A DNA stretch of 64,000 nt from Oscillospiraceae bacterium (lineage in GTDB: Bacteria; Bacillota; Clostridia; Oscillospirales; JAAYXM01), in the NCBI GenBank assembly GCA_017439555.1, contig JAFSIZ010000050.1:439-64438 (forward strand). The letters run 5' to 3'. The notes under the pieces were generated by a model that saw only the letters and a list, made by a program, of their open reading frames with translations, ran no database searches and was not told where the DNA came from. The translations under genes were made by a program, and so were the position numbers. Below are positions 46,136-57,039 of this stretch, piece after piece (within the stretch, counting starts at the first letter, position 1; each line of letters begins with the position of its first letter).

Positions 46136-48289
46136 ATGTCTTATGCAGCCATAATCGCGGAGGAATTTTCCGTCCGCGAGGAATATGTAAACAACATAAT
46201 TGCTCTGCTTGACGAGGGCAATACGATTCCGTTCATCGCGCGCTACAGAAAGGAAATGCACGGCACGATGGACGATCAGCTCATACGTCAGATAGCTGAT
46301 AAGCTTGAATATCTCAGAAACCTTGATGCGCGCCGCGAGGAAGTGCGCTCTCTCATTGATGCTCAGGGCAATCTTACAGAAGAGATAGGTGCGGCTCTCG
46401 ATGCGGCGGCAACGCTTGCTGAGATTGACGACATATACCGCCCGTTCCGCCCGAAGCGAAAAACACGTGCCTCTGTTGCTCGCGAAAAGGGGCTTGAGCC
46501 TCTCGCAGAGGCGATTATGCAATCGCAGCAGACAGCTGAAGACCCGGAAACAATGGCAGCGGAATATGTCGATGCCGAAAAGGGCGTTGAAGATGTTGCG
46601 GCGGCAATCGCAGGAGCGCAGGATATCATTGCCGAAAACGTATCGGATGATGCCGAGGTAAGAAAGCGTGTCCGCAACCTTGTTCGATTCCATGGCATCG
46701 TTACCTCATCTGCGGCAAAGGAAGAAGAGGAAGAGGAGAGCGTTTATGCAACCTATTATCAGTTCTCTCAGCCCGTTGAAAAGCTTGTCGGTCATCGCGT
46801 GCTTGCTCTTAACCGTGGCGAGAAGGAGGGCTTTCTGAAGGTGTCTGTGGACACAGACCCGACACGTCCGCTCAACTCTATCCGTTCGCTTTACGTGCAG
46901 GGAACATCTGCCTGTGCGGCTGTTGTTCAGGCGGCCTGTGAGGATGCATATACAAGGCTCATCTATCCTTCAATCGAGAGGGAAATACGCGCAGAGCTCA
47001 CAGAGGCTGCGGCTGAGGATGCAATAAAGCTGTTTGGTGTAAACCTTCGCCAGCTTCTTATGGCTCCGCCCGTAAAGGGGAAGATTGCGATCGGTCTTGA
47101 CCCCGGCTATCGAACAGGCTGTAAGCTTGCCGTGGTTGACCCGACGGGCAAGGTGCTCGATACATCTGTCATTTATCCGACCCACGGCGCGGCTCAGGAA
47201 TCGCGCTCGGCGGAGATATTGAAAGACAAAATAAAGCGCTGGGGTGTTGAGGTTATTGCAATCGGCAACGGCACAGCTTCTAAGGAAACAGAGCTTTTCT
47301 GCGCAAAGGTTCTGCGTGAAATTCCTGAAAAGGTCGCATATATGGTTGTTTCGGAGGCAGGCGCATCGGTATATTCAGCTTCAAAGCTTGCGGCAGAGGA
47401 GATGCCTGATTTCGACCTCACGCTTCGCTCCGCGGTGTCAATTGCAAGAAGACTGCAGGATCCGCTTGCAGAGCTTGTCAAAATAGAGCCGAAGGCTATA
47501 GGCGTCGGTCAGTATCAACACGATATGCCCCAGAAACGCCTTGAGGGCGCGCTTGACGGCGTTGTTGAAGATTGTGTAAACAGCGTAGGCGCTGATGTGA
47601 ATACGGCATCTGCAGCTCTGCTCAGCCATATTTCCGGTCTCACATCGACAGTATGCAAGAACATTGTTGCATATCGCGAGGAAAACGGAAGCTTCACTTC
47701 GCGTTCTGAGCTCAAAAAAGTTCCGAAGCTCGGTGCAAAGGCGTTTGAGCAGTGTGCAGGCTTTTTGCGCGTGCCGGGAAGTGCCAACTTCCTCGACAAC
47801 ACAGGTGTTCACCCTGAAAGCTATAAAGCTGCAGAGGGGCTTTTGAAGCATTTCGGCATAGATAAGAAGGATTTTGCAAAGGCAGGAGCTTTGCTTTCCG
47901 AGAAGGCGACAGAGGAAAGCCTGTCTGCGCTTGCAGAGGAGCTCGGAATCGGTGTTCCGACTTTGCAGGACATTCTGCGCGAGCTCGCAAAACCGGGGCG
48001 CGATCCGCGTGATGAGCTGCCGCCGCCGCTTCTGCGCGAGGATGTGCTCGATATGAAGGATCTCAAAGAGGGGATGATTCTTCAGGGCACAGTCAGAAAT
48101 GTTATAGATTTCGGCGCATTTGTCGATATCGGTGTGCATCAGGACGGGCTCGTTCACATTTCGCAGATAAGCGAGAAGTTTATCCGTCATCCGTCAGATG
48201 TTCTCAAAGTGGGTGATGTTGTCAAGGTCAAAATACTTGGTGTGGACCTTGCGAAAAAGCGAATCAGCCTCACGATGAAGGAAGCATAA
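46136..48289 (+). CDS. tex: Tex-family transcription accessory protein
   Basis: TIPFIARYRKE, LDPGYRTGCK, AIGNGTASKET, SIARRLQDPLAELVKI, GVGQYQHD, C-terminal S1 domain. Confidence 0.95.
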   Translation: MSYAAIIAEEFSVREEYVNNIIALLDEGNTIPFIARYRKEMHGTMDDQLIRQIADKLEYLRNLDARREEVRSLIDAQGNLTEEIGAALDAAATLAEIDDIYRPFRPKRKTRASVAREKGLEPLAEAIMQSQQTAEDPETMAAEYVDAEKGVEDVAAAIAGAQDIIAENVSDDAEVRKRVRNLVRFHGIVTSSAAKEEEEEESVYATYYQFSQPVEKLVGHRVLALNRGEKEGFLKVSVDTDPTRPLNSIRSLYVQGTSACAAVVQAACEDAYTRLIYPSIEREIRAELTEAAAEDAIKLFGVNLRQLLMAPPVKGKIAIGLDPGYRTGCKLAVVDPTGKVLDTSVIYPTHGAAQESRSAEILKDKIKRWGVEVIAIGNGTASKETELFCAKVLREIPEKVAYMVVSEAGASVYSASKLAAEEMPDFDLTLRSAVSIARRLQDPLAELVKIEPKAIGVGQYQHDMPQKRLEGALDGVVEDCVNSVGADVNTASAALLSHISGLTSTVCKNIVAYREENGSFTSRSELKKVPKLGAKAFEQCAGFLRVPGSANFLDNTGVHPESYKAAEGLLKHFGIDKKDFAKAGALLSEKATEESLSALAEELGIGVPTLQDILRELAKPGRDPRDELPPPLLREDVLDMKDLKEGMILQGTVRNVIDFGAFVDIGVHQDGLVHISQISEKFIRHPSDVLKVGDVVKVKILGVDLAKKRISLTMKEA

Positions 48290-48330
48290 AAGATATAGAA
48301 GAAAAACTGCAATGGCTTGTCCATTGCAGT

Positions 48331-48585
48331 CAGACTGTCGAAAAAGGCATGAGACCGCAAGCAGAGAAAATATATTGTAGGGGCGGATATTATCCGCCCG
48401 CAACTTTTGCGTTTGAATTAAAGTTTGACAAAATCCCTTGAAACATCGAGTTTCAAGGGATTTTCCGCTTGTTTTGCCCGAATGTCACCTCTCGGAGTAT
48501 TCATATACACCTTCGAGTTCCATTCTGCCAATCTCACGTCTTTTTGGACAGCCCGTCAGCGTGTCGAAAGTTTTTCGACACGCTG
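48331..48585. mobile_element. 255-bp MITE inserted in the tex/sigG terminator with a 24-bp target-site duplication
   Basis: Terminal IRs CAGACTGTCGAAAAA / TTTTTCGACACGCTG (13/15 match); direct repeats CTGCAATGGCTTGTCCATTGCAGT at 48307-48330 and 48586-48609; no transposase. Confidence 0.8.
48377..48400 (+). repeat. GTAG-type REP-like palindrome inside the MITE
   Basis: GTAG-GGGCGGATA-T-TATCCGCCC-G. Confidence 0.65.
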
Positions 48586-48617
48586 CTGCAATGGCTTGTC
48601 CATTGCAGTTTTTTTGT

Positions 48618-49394
48618 TCAGAGCTGTTTTTTTATACGGTCAATGGCGCTCTTTTCAAGGCGTGACACCTGTGCCTGACTGATTCCAATCTCCCCGGCTA
48701 CCTCGGTTTGAGTCTTGCCGTCGAAAAAACGCAGTGATAGAATGTGGCGCTCACGCTCGTTGAGATGTGAGATTGCCTCTTTGAGAGCTATGCGCTCAAG
48801 CCAGTTTTCGTCTGTGTTCTTGTTGTCGCCGACCTGATCCATAACGCAGATTGTGTCGCCGCCTGAATCTGAATAAACAGGCTCATAGAGTGAAACGGGC
48901 TCCATAATGCCGTCGAGTGCAAATACGATATCCTCGCGCTTCATATCCATCGCCTTTGCGATTTCGTCAACGCTCGGTTCGCGCTGAGTTTCGTTCATAA
49001 GCCTTTCTTTTGTCTGCAGTGCGCGATAAGCCGTGTCACGCATGGAGCGCGAAACGCGTATTGCGCTGTTGTCGCGCAGGTAGCGGCGTATTTCGCCGAT
49101 TACCATCGGAACGGCATAGGTGCTGAGGCGAAGACCGAGCGTTATGTCAAAGTTGTCTATTGCCTTGATGAGCCCGACGCATCCGACCTGAAAAAGATCA
49201 TCAACAGCCTCTCCGCGGTTTGCGAATCTCTGGATAACGCTCAGAACGAGTCTCAGATTACCTGAGATAAGCTCGTCTCTTGCGGAAACATCTCCCGCCC
49301 GATATTTCTTGAGGAGCTCATAGGTTTCGTTGCTCGACAAAACCTTGAGCTTTGATGTGTTCACACCGCATATTTCGACTTTTCCGTGTATCAA
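48618..49394 (-). CDS. sigG: Sporulation sigma factor SigG
   Basis: KVEICGVNTSKL, DDLFQVGCVGLIKAIDNFD, KTQTEVA.EIGISQAQVSRLEK; TTG start 49394 behind GGGAGG. Confidence 0.95.
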   Translation of the reverse strand: MIHGKVEICGVNTSKLKVLSSNETYELLKKYRAGDVSARDELISGNLRLVLSVIQRFANRGEAVDDLFQVGCVGLIKAIDNFDITLGLRLSTYAVPMVIGEIRRYLRDNSAIRVSRSMRDTAYRALQTKERLMNETQREPSVDEIAKAMDMKREDIVFALDGIMEPVSLYEPVYSDSGGDTICVMDQVGDNKNTDENWLERIALKEAISHLNERERHILSLRFFDGKTQTEVAGEIGISQAQVSRLEKSAIDRIKKQL

Positions 49395-49427
49395 ATGTAA
49401 AACCTCCCAAAGCAATAAGACTATTAT

Positions 49428-49457
49428 CATTATTGCCTCGGGAGTTTTTTTTAATAC
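49428..49457 (-). promoter_or_regulatory. SigF/SigG-type promoter of sigG
   Basis: Minus strand GTATT-15 bp-GGCAATAATG resembles the sigma-F consensus. Confidence 0.65.
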
Positions 49458-49496
49458 GGTATAAAAACTTTAATATCGGGCACTTGTGCTTATATT

Positions 49497-50204
49497 TTAA
49501 AGAAGCCGCATTATTTCATTTTTGAGCCGCGTGATTATGCGCTTTTCAAGCCTTGATATGTAAGACTGCGAAATGCCGAGAATATCTGCGACCTCCTTCT
49601 GCGTTTTTTCACTTTCGCCATAAAGCCCAAAACGCATTTTGATTATTGTGCGCTCTTTTTCCGGCAGCGAGTCAAGTGCGTTGAGAAGCAGCTCCCGATC
49701 TGTTTCGTCCTCTATCGGGCGGATGACACTGTCAGGCTCCGTTCCGAGAATGTCGGAAAGCAAAAGCTCGTTTCCGTCCCAATCCGTGTTGAGCGGCTCA
49801 TCAAAAGAGATTTCTGTTTTCTGTGCTGAGGACTTGCGCAGATACATAAGTATTTCGTTCTCGATACAGCGGGATGCATAGGTTGCGAGCTTTATTTTCT
49901 TTTCCGGCTTATAGGTGTTGATCGCCTTGATGAGCCCTATCGTGCCGATTGAAACAAGATCCTCGATCCCGATGCCTGTGTTTTCAAAACGCTTGGCGAT
50001 ATAGACGACCAGCCTCAGGTTGTGCTCTGTGAGCGTCTTTCTGACGTTTTCCGTATCAATTTCAAGGCGTGCCATAAGATATTCCTCCTCTTCGGGGGAA
50101 AGCGGTGGAGGAAGCGTGTCGTTTCCGCAGATATACATTACAGAGGAAGGGGAAATAATTCCGATACGGGCGAGCAGTTTAAAAATCGTAAGCTTGAATT
50201 TCAT
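49497..50204 (-). CDS. sigE: Sporulation sigma factor SigE (pro-form)
   Basis: [59 protein letters not shown]. Confidence 0.95.
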   Translation of the reverse strand: MKFKLTIFKLLARIGIISPSSVMYICGNDTLPPPLSPEEEEYLMARLEIDTENVRKTLTEHNLRLVVYIAKRFENTGIGIEDLVSIGTIGLIKAINTYKPEKKIKLATYASRCIENEILMYLRKSSAQKTEISFDEPLNTDWDGNELLLSDILGTEPDSVIRPIEDETDRELLLNALDSLPEKERTIIKMRFGLYGESEKTQKEVADILGISQSYISRLEKRIITRLKNEIMRLL

Positions 50205-50215
50205 ATATATACCTC

Positions 50216-51061
50216 CTAAATAAGGGCGTTGTATGCGTTGCCGTCCGATATTGCAAACGGGCTTATGGCGACAAGAGTGCTCTCGCTTACCTTTCCGTTG
50301 ACGGTTATTTTCTCAGGAGTGAAGGCGAGCATAAGAGAAAACGGAACGCCGACTGTTTTATATGGAAGAAGCCTGAATTGACCTTGCGGAGAAAGGCGGT
50401 CGAGCAGTGTCGGATATGCGTCCTTTGGCGTAAGGTCAAGCAGAGTCTGAACTGAGGGGGAAAGGAGAGAGCGTATGCAATCATAGTTTGCGATGACGAC
50501 AGCTGTATTATCCTTTGGATTGCGAAGAGAATTTCCGGTATCGTGGAGCGCGGAAAGCTCTGCCGAATGTCCGTTTGCAAAGATGGAAACCTTGCTGATT
50601 TTTCGCTCAGCGCGGGCTGCACCTCTTCGGAATACGAGCGTGAGAAGCGCATATGCCGCAAAGGTTGAAGACAGAAGAGGCAGGGCTGATATATGTATAT
50701 AATATATGCCGTTGTGAATTTCAATAAAGCGCCCGAGCCCGGCGAGTGAAGCGATGAAAACCGCACCTGCAAAAATAAGTGATATGCCAAAGAAGAGAAG
50801 CAGAGTTTTCAGGTGAGACTTAAAGCCGAATGCTGCAAGAAGCATAAGTGAAGAAATGCCGAGCTTAACAAAAAAGGATGTCAACACCTCAAGCTGTGGA
50901 ATAAAAACCGCGACTCCATATACAGCGCCGATAAACGCGCCTGAAAGCAGGCGTCTCCTTCGCAGAGGCAGAGCGCTTATTTGCGCAGTTGCGAATAATA
51001 TGAGATAGTTGATAATAAAATTTATGAGAAAGAGCACATCGGGATAGATTGTCTTTGTCAC
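50216..51061 (-). CDS. spoIIGA: Pro-sigmaE processing aspartic protease
   Basis: [14 protein letters not shown]-terminus, DTGNSL catalytic motif, RLLPYKTVG; GTG start 51061 (the ORF-track extension to 51331 is spurious). Confidence 0.9.
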   Translation of the reverse strand: MTKTIYPDVLFLINFIINYLILFATAQISALPLRRRRLLSGAFIGAVYGVAVFIPQLEVLTSFFVKLGISSLMLLAAFGFKSHLKTLLLFFGISLIFAGAVFIASLAGLGRFIEIHNGIYYIHISALPLLSSTFAAYALLTLVFRRGAARAERKISKVSIFANGHSAELSALHDTGNSLRNPKDNTAVVIANYDCIRSLLSPSVQTLLDLTPKDAYPTLLDRLSPQGQFRLLPYKTVGVPFSLMLAFTPEKITVNGKVSESTLVAISPFAISDGNAYNALI

Positions 51062-51164
51062 ACACGGCTCACCGCCTTTCGCGAATATTATTCTACAGGA
51101 TGCTGCGTGTGAAAAAATGTCTAAAGCTGTTAAGTGCCCAAAATTTTGCAGAGGTGAGGTTTTG

Positions 51165-51518
51165 ATGAAAATGAAAAACAGAGTGCTTTTGTTGCTTATG
51201 GTGATTGCTGCAGTATGCGTTTTTTCGGCGTGTGAAATAGCAAAGCCGCCTGCGGCGGAAATCAAAATGCGTGCGGAACGTGAGCGGATTATATCGCTTC
51301 TTGAAAAGGATGTCGAGAAAATTGCGCCCATAAAGCCTTTTTTGCGCCTTCTCCCGGAAGAGGTGGAAATAGTGTGCAGACTTGAATATACGGGTGATGA
51401 AAACGCTTGTATAAGGGTTTCTGAGGTACTTGTAAACGGAAACAGAATTCCTGATGAAATTTTGCGGAATATAAGCGAAAATTACCTTGATTTTAGCTGT
51501 TCTTTAGTCTATAATTAG
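51165..51518 (+). CDS. Small hypothetical lipoprotein
   Basis: RBS GAGGTG; signal peptide with lipobox-like VFSAC. Confidence 0.55.
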   Translation: MKMKNRVLLLLMVIAAVCVFSACEIAKPPAAEIKMRAERERIISLLEKDVEKIAPIKPFLRLLPEEVEIVCRLEYTGDENACIRVSEVLVNGNRIPDEILRNISENYLDFSCSLVYN

Positions 51519-51541
51519 ACACAAAGAAAGGATGTTTACAA

Positions 51542-53788
51542 ATGGTTTCTGTAATTAAAAACGGCGTTTATTTAAAAGACGGTTGCTTGCTCTCAATGAA
51601 GGATGCAAGCGTGCTCGGGCTTGATGCTCCGAGCGAAGCAAAGAAGAAAACTATGGCATATTCCATATTGAAGGAGCATAACACCTCCGACACTATGGAA
51701 AACCTCAGAATCAAATTCGATGCAATGGCATCACACGACATTACATATGTCGGAATTATCCAGACTGCGCGCGCATCGGGGCTTGAGAAGTTTCCGTTGC
51801 CCTATGTGCTCACAAACTGCCACAACAGCCTCTGCGCTGTCGGCGGCACAATAAACGAGGACGACCATATCTTCGGCCTTTCCGCAGCAAAGAAATATGG
51901 CGGTGAATTTGTGCCTGCACATCAGGCGGTTATCCATCAATATATGCGTGAGCGCTATGCCGGCTGCGGCAAGATGATTCTCGCATCCGACTCCCACACA
52001 CGCTATGGTGCTCTCGGCTCAATCTCAATCGGCGAGGGCGGCCCTGAGCTTGCGCGTCAGCTTCTTTCAAAGACATATAATATCGCATATCCGGAGGTTG
52101 TCTGTGTATATCTCGAAGGTGCTCCGCGTCCCGGCGTCGGCCCGCAGGATATTGCGATTGCAATAATCGGCGCAGTATTCAAGGATGGCGCAGTAAAGAA
52201 CAAGATTATGGAATTTGTCGGCCCGGGCATTGCAAACCTGAGCATGGATTTCAGAAACGGCATAGATGTTATGACGACAGAGACCTCGTGCCTCTCGTCC
52301 ATCTGGGAAACTGACAGGACAACGTGTGAGTTCCTCACAGTTCACGGAAGACCGGAGGATTATAAGCCGCTTCATCCGGGCGCCGGTGCATATTATGATT
52401 GCGCTGTGCGTGTCGATCTCTCTGAGATTGAGCCGATGATCGCGCTTCCGTTCCACCCGTCAAATGCATTCAGAATTTCCGAGCTCAAGAAAAACCTCGG
52501 CGATATTCTCGCTCAGTGTGACCGCGATGCAAAGGAAATGCTCGGCATTGATGACAAGAAGGTATCACTTCTCAATAAAATCCGAAATGGCAAGCTCTAT
52601 GTTGATCAGGGCTTTGTCGGCGGTTGCTCCGGCGGTCTGTTCCAGAATATCCATAGAGTGCGCGATATCTTAAAGGGCAATACGACCGGTGACGGCGCAT
52701 TCTGGCTCTCGGTTTATCCGGCAAGCACTCCGATGTCTATGGAGCTTATGCGCGACGGAACTCTTGCAGACCTGACGGCATCGGGCGTCAGCATCCGTTC
52801 CTGCTTCTGCGGTCCGTGCTTTGGCGCGGGCGATGTTCCTGCAAACGGTGCGCTTTCAATACGCCACGCAACGCGCAACTTCCCGAACCGCGAAGGCTCA
52901 AAGCCGGGCGATGGGCAGATATCATATGTTGCGCTTATGGATGCGCGTTCAATTGCCGCAACAGCGGCAAACGGCGGCGAGCTGACAAGCGCATTTGAGC
53001 TTGAAAATATTCCGCAGGATCCGCAGGATGAAAAGTATGCATATGATGCAACTCCATATAAGAGCCGTATCTACTATGGCGTTGGCAATCCTCAGCCTCA
53101 GGAGGAATTGAAGTTCGGACCGAATATCGCAGACTGGCCGAAGATGATAGGAATGACAGATAACCTCCTCATATCTGTTGCAAGCGCGATTTACGATCCT
53201 GTCACAACAACGGACGAGCTTATCCCGTCGGGTGAGACATCTTCCTACCGTTCAAATCCGATAAAGCTTGCATCCTTTGCACTTTCAAGAAAGGATCCCG
53301 AGTATGTCGGGCGTGCAAAGGCTGTCTATGCAGCAGAGCTTGCGCGCCGCGAAGGAGACAAGAACGCATTTGATATGTTTGCAATCGACGGTATCGATCT
53401 TTCAAAGACCTCTGTCGGCACGGCTGTCTTTGCGCTCAAGCCCGGTGACGGCTCTGCGCGTGAGCAGGCAGCTTCCTGCCAGAGGGTTCTCGGCGGCGTT
53501 GCAAACATCGCAAGAGAATATGCAACAAAGCGTTATCGTTCAAATGTTGTAAACTGGGGAATGCTTCCGTTCATCCTCGACGATGCTGACAACAGCGGAA
53601 TCGAAGCAGGCGACCTCATCTATATCGAGGGCATCCGCGATATTCTTCTCGGCGACGGCGAAGAGGTCAAGGCAAGCCTCATAAAGAGTGGTGATAAGAA
53701 GGATATTACACTCCGGCTCCCGGCACTCACACGAGAAGAGCGCGATATCATCCTCGCAGGATGTCTTATTAATTTCTATTCAAAATAA
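51542..53788 (+). CDS. Aconitase-family hydratase (YbhJ-like clostridial aconitase)
   Basis: [34 protein letters not shown] Fe-S cysteines, [28 protein letters not shown]. Confidence 0.9.
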   Translation: MVSVIKNGVYLKDGCLLSMKDASVLGLDAPSEAKKKTMAYSILKEHNTSDTMENLRIKFDAMASHDITYVGIIQTARASGLEKFPLPYVLTNCHNSLCAVGGTINEDDHIFGLSAAKKYGGEFVPAHQAVIHQYMRERYAGCGKMILASDSHTRYGALGSISIGEGGPELARQLLSKTYNIAYPEVVCVYLEGAPRPGVGPQDIAIAIIGAVFKDGAVKNKIMEFVGPGIANLSMDFRNGIDVMTTETSCLSSIWETDRTTCEFLTVHGRPEDYKPLHPGAGAYYDCAVRVDLSEIEPMIALPFHPSNAFRISELKKNLGDILAQCDRDAKEMLGIDDKKVSLLNKIRNGKLYVDQGFVGGCSGGLFQNIHRVRDILKGNTTGDGAFWLSVYPASTPMSMELMRDGTLADLTASGVSIRSCFCGPCFGAGDVPANGALSIRHATRNFPNREGSKPGDGQISYVALMDARSIAATAANGGELTSAFELENIPQDPQDEKYAYDATPYKSRIYYGVGNPQPQEELKFGPNIADWPKMIGMTDNLLISVASAIYDPVTTTDELIPSGETSSYRSNPIKLASFALSRKDPEYVGRAKAVYAAELARREGDKNAFDMFAIDGIDLSKTSVGTAVFALKPGDGSAREQAASCQRVLGGVANIAREYATKRYRSNVVNWGMLPFILDDADNSGIEAGDLIYIEGIRDILLGDGEEVKASLIKSGDKKDITLRLPALTREERDIILAGCLINFYSK

Positions 53789-53810
53789 GATTCACCTAAG
53801 ACATAGCGAA

Positions 53811-53842
53811 AAAACTGACCTCGGATTTTCGGGGTCAGTTTT
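53811..53842 (+). terminator. Intrinsic terminator
   Basis: AAAACTGACCTCG-GATTTT-CGGGGTCAGTTTT. Confidence 0.7.
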
Positions 53843-53968
53843 GCTTTTTGTCGGCTTTTGATACAGATAAGTCATTGGAATATCAGGCGATTTTCCGGAA
53901 AGAGCATTGCTATAAAACTTTCTCCGTGATATAATTATCTCGAAATCAAAACAAGGAGAACTTTCAAG

Positions 53969-55846
53969 ATGATTGTCAATAAGGAATGTAATATAAATAT
54001 AGTAATTCCGGAGAATGCGACTGAGCGCGAAATATTTGCGGCAGAAGAGCTTCGTAAGTATATCAAAAAAATCTGCGGTGCAGAGCTCGGAATTACGACA
54101 GAGACAAAGAAAAATAATGTGATTGCAATCGGCGGACCTGAGCGGAACGCGGTAACGGCAAAATACATATCCGAAGCTGAATTTGATAAAGCTGTCCCGG
54201 GGCCTGAGGGGATTTTCATAAAATCCTATGAAGATTGCATTATCCTTGCAGGAAGCACCAAAAAGGTCAATGAATTTGAACGCGGAACGGTATATGCAGT
54301 GTATGAGTTTCTTGAAAGATTTCTCGGCTGCTCTCTTGCGGCATACACAAAGGCTGATGTAGCAGGCGGAGAGCTCATTCCCGAAACGGATAGCATCGAG
54401 CTTGGGGATATTTTCTATGCAAAAGCATCCTCGGATATTCCCTACAGAGCAGCGGTTGCTCAGTATTCGGTACACGGCGTCGGCGCGGAATATGAGCTTG
54501 ACCATGCATTTCTTGACTGGCTTTCAAAAAACAGATATAACTACATCTACACCTGGAACAAGGTGTATGAAAACTTCAAGACAAACGGAATGCTTGATGA
54601 GTGCAAAAAGCGCGGCATTCTCTTCAAGGTCGGCCATCACGATGCAATAGATACGCTTCTTCCGCAGCGCGGAAACAAGTATTTTTCCGAGCATTATTTT
54701 GAAACACATCCCGATTACTATAAAATGAACGAGGACGGAAGCCGCTTTGAGATGGTGGATGATTGGGGGCAGATGGTTCTCTGCTCGAGAAATGAGGCTA
54801 TGATTGAGGAGATTTCAAAGAATCTTATTTCGTGGTTCTCAAAGAATCCCCAGGTAAAGAGCTTTGCTCTTCTCAACAAGGACGGCACAGCACCTCAGTG
54901 TTGCTGCGAGAAGTGCAAGGGATATTCAAAGGCTGAAAACTATGTGTATATGATAAACGAGATCGCAAAGAGATTGAAAAAAGCGCATCCCGATGTAACT
55001 CTCAATATGATGTCATACACAGACCTCTGGAATCCGCCCGAGAATGTATCGCTTGAGGATAACGTCTCCGTCACGGAAGCCACCTGGCACATTTCAGGGC
55101 TTCGCACAATCGGAAAGCCTGACGGTTCCTGCCTTGCAGGCACGTTCTATGAGGAAAATCTTCTCAAATGGAAGGCAATCGGCGCATCCGTCACATATTA
55201 TGATTATTTCATGGGCGTATACCCCGGAAGACAGAGATATGTCCCTATGGCAGATGAGATGCAGGCAATGTGCAAAAGATTCATCGAAATGGGAATTGAC
55301 GGAACCGAAACGCAGATAGAGGTATATAACCACTGGAACAATATCTTCAATTTCTATTCTTATGGAAGATGTGCCTATGATACTGAAAATTCGCTTGAGA
55401 AAAACCTCGGCCTTTTCTGCCGCATCTTCGGCAAGGGTGCCGAATATATAGCAGGTAATATCCGATATGCGGAATGCATTCTTGACGGACAGAGTGAGAT
55501 AATGCGCGCAGGCATATATCTTATGGAGCATATCGACAAGGAGCGTATGTATAAAGGCTTTGAAGATGCTCTTGAAGCTGCGGAAACTCCGACGGCGCGC
55601 AATAACGTACGCCTTATGCGTATGGCGTTCCGCTATTCGGATATCGAATGCAGAGAGGAGTATGAAGCTGATGAGTCGGGCTACAGAGACCTCAAGCATT
55701 ATGACATCCCCGAGCGCGGAGAGCTTTTGTATATGCAGAAGCACTTTGATACATATGTAAGCCGCAAGGGCTACGGTATTATGATTCCTGTAGAGGGCGA
55801 GGACAACGGCTTTACACCGACAGACAGCTGGTATGATTTTGAATAA
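53969..55846 (+). CDS. DUF4838-like protein with GH67/GH20-type N-terminal domain (putative glycosidase)
   Basis: AAEELRKYIKKI, EGIFIK, GTVYAVYEFLERFLGC, HPDYY, CCCEKC, SYT; no signal peptide. Confidence 0.7.
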   Translation: MIVNKECNINIVIPENATEREIFAAEELRKYIKKICGAELGITTETKKNNVIAIGGPERNAVTAKYISEAEFDKAVPGPEGIFIKSYEDCIILAGSTKKVNEFERGTVYAVYEFLERFLGCSLAAYTKADVAGGELIPETDSIELGDIFYAKASSDIPYRAAVAQYSVHGVGAEYELDHAFLDWLSKNRYNYIYTWNKVYENFKTNGMLDECKKRGILFKVGHHDAIDTLLPQRGNKYFSEHYFETHPDYYKMNEDGSRFEMVDDWGQMVLCSRNEAMIEEISKNLISWFSKNPQVKSFALLNKDGTAPQCCCEKCKGYSKAENYVYMINEIAKRLKKAHPDVTLNMMSYTDLWNPPENVSLEDNVSVTEATWHISGLRTIGKPDGSCLAGTFYEENLLKWKAIGASVTYYDYFMGVYPGRQRYVPMADEMQAMCKRFIEMGIDGTETQIEVYNHWNNIFNFYSYGRCAYDTENSLEKNLGLFCRIFGKGAEYIAGNIRYAECILDGQSEIMRAGIYLMEHIDKERMYKGFEDALEAAETPTARNNVRLMRMAFRYSDIECREEYEADESGYRDLKHYDIPERGELLYMQKHFDTYVSRKGYGIMIPVEGEDNGFTPTDSWYDFE

Positions 55847-55904
55847 AAACGTATTTCGCAACCAAACACAAGGCGACAACTCTGCTTTGTTGGCATAAAA
55901 CAAT

Positions 55905-55937
55905 AAAAACGCTGAACTTTTCGTTCAGCGTTTTTTT
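55905..55937. terminator. Bidirectional terminator overlapping the LacI stop
   Basis: AAAAACGCTGAAC-TTTTC-GTTCAGCGTTTTT. Confidence 0.8.
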
Positions 55938-56893
55938 ATCTCTGTTGATTTCCTGAATATGACTTCGGGCAGTACGGTAATCCGCTTTTCCGATATTGTG
56001 CCGGAAAGATATTCCATAATAGCGTCTGCTGTTTCGTTGCAGACCTTATCAAGATGCGTGTTTATGCTTGAGAGCGGAGGATTCAAATATCCCGAGCCGC
56101 CGATATCGTTCATTCCCATAACGGCAATATCTTCGGGAACTCTCAGGCCGTGCTCGCAAATACAGCTTATTGCGCCCGTTGCCATATGATCATAGGCACA
56201 GATAATGGCACGCGGATATTTTCCGTTTTCAAAAAATTTTTCCATCGCATCAAAGCCGCCTTCCTCAAAACGGAGATCGGTCACGCTTATGAGTAAGCTA
56301 TCCGTTTTGCCGAGCTTTTCTTCGATTACACCGCACACCATTGCAAGCTTTGTGTCGGTGTTGGTTTCTCCGATAAAGCCGATGTCAGTGACTCCGTTTT
56401 CAACAAAATAGTCAACTGCTTCACGAATGCACGGAATAAAATTACTTGTAACAGAAATTACGCCGCTGTTGTATGCCGAGTCGATTGTTGCGACCGGAAT
56501 TTCCATATCCTCGGCGACCTTTGTTTTTCCGTTTATGATGATAATACCGTCAACGCTTGTGTAGCGGTTGTAATATTCAAGAAGCTCTGCCTCCGTTGAT
56601 TCGGAAAAGTCTGTTGAGGCGACACATATTTCACAGTTGTATTCCGAAAGTCTCTTTTGAATGAAGTAGAGTGCGACGGAATAGTAGCGGCTGCGAAATT
56701 CGGGGCAGATAACCGCAATGACGAGCTTTGGGTATTTTGCTTTATAGAATTTTTTGAAGCACCCGAGTTTCTTTGCTGCCTCGAATATCATCTCACGCGT
56801 TTCGGGATTTACTTCACTGCTCATCGAAAACGCCTTTGAAACAGTCGAGACTGAAACGTGTGTGAGCTTTGCAAGCTTACTTAATGTTATCAT
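55925..56893 (-). CDS. LacI-family transcriptional regulator
   Basis: TLSKLAKLTHVSVSTVSKAF HTH; AIICAYDHMA, LRVPEDIAVMG, PPLSSI; ATG 56893. Confidence 0.9.
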   Translation of the reverse strand: MITLSKLAKLTHVSVSTVSKAFSMSSEVNPETREMIFEAAKKLGCFKKFYKAKYPKLVIAVICPEFRSRYYSVALYFIQKRLSEYNCEICVASTDFSESTEAELLEYYNRYTSVDGIIIINGKTKVAEDMEIPVATIDSAYNSGVISVTSNFIPCIREAVDYFVENGVTDIGFIGETNTDTKLAMVCGVIEEKLGKTDSLLISVTDLRFEEGGFDAMEKFFENGKYPRAIICAYDHMATGAISCICEHGLRVPEDIAVMGMNDIGGSGYLNPPLSSINTHLDKVCNETADAIMEYLSGTISEKRITVLPEVIFRKSTEIKKR

Positions 56894-56952
56894 TCGCTTC
56901 ACCGCCTTGATTAAATTATATAACATAACAATAAAACTTTCAATGCAGGTCA

Positions 56953-56971
56953 AATCGAAAAATTTTCGATT
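56953..56971. promoter_or_regulatory. Palindromic candidate operator between the divergent LacI and ceramidase-like genes
   Basis: AATCGAAAA-A-TTTTCGATT, about 10 bp upstream of TTGACT-16-TATAAT. Confidence 0.55.
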
Positions 56972-57039
56972 CGTTTTTGGTTGACTTGTCGGCTGTATCA
57001 GATATAATGAAGGCAGACAGAAAAGAAAGGATGATATTT

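Noticed and set aside
51062-51331. N-terminal extension of SpoIIGA in the ORF track
   Set aside because: Family similarity starts at VTKTIYPD with an RBS; the extension overlaps the divergent lipoprotein gene
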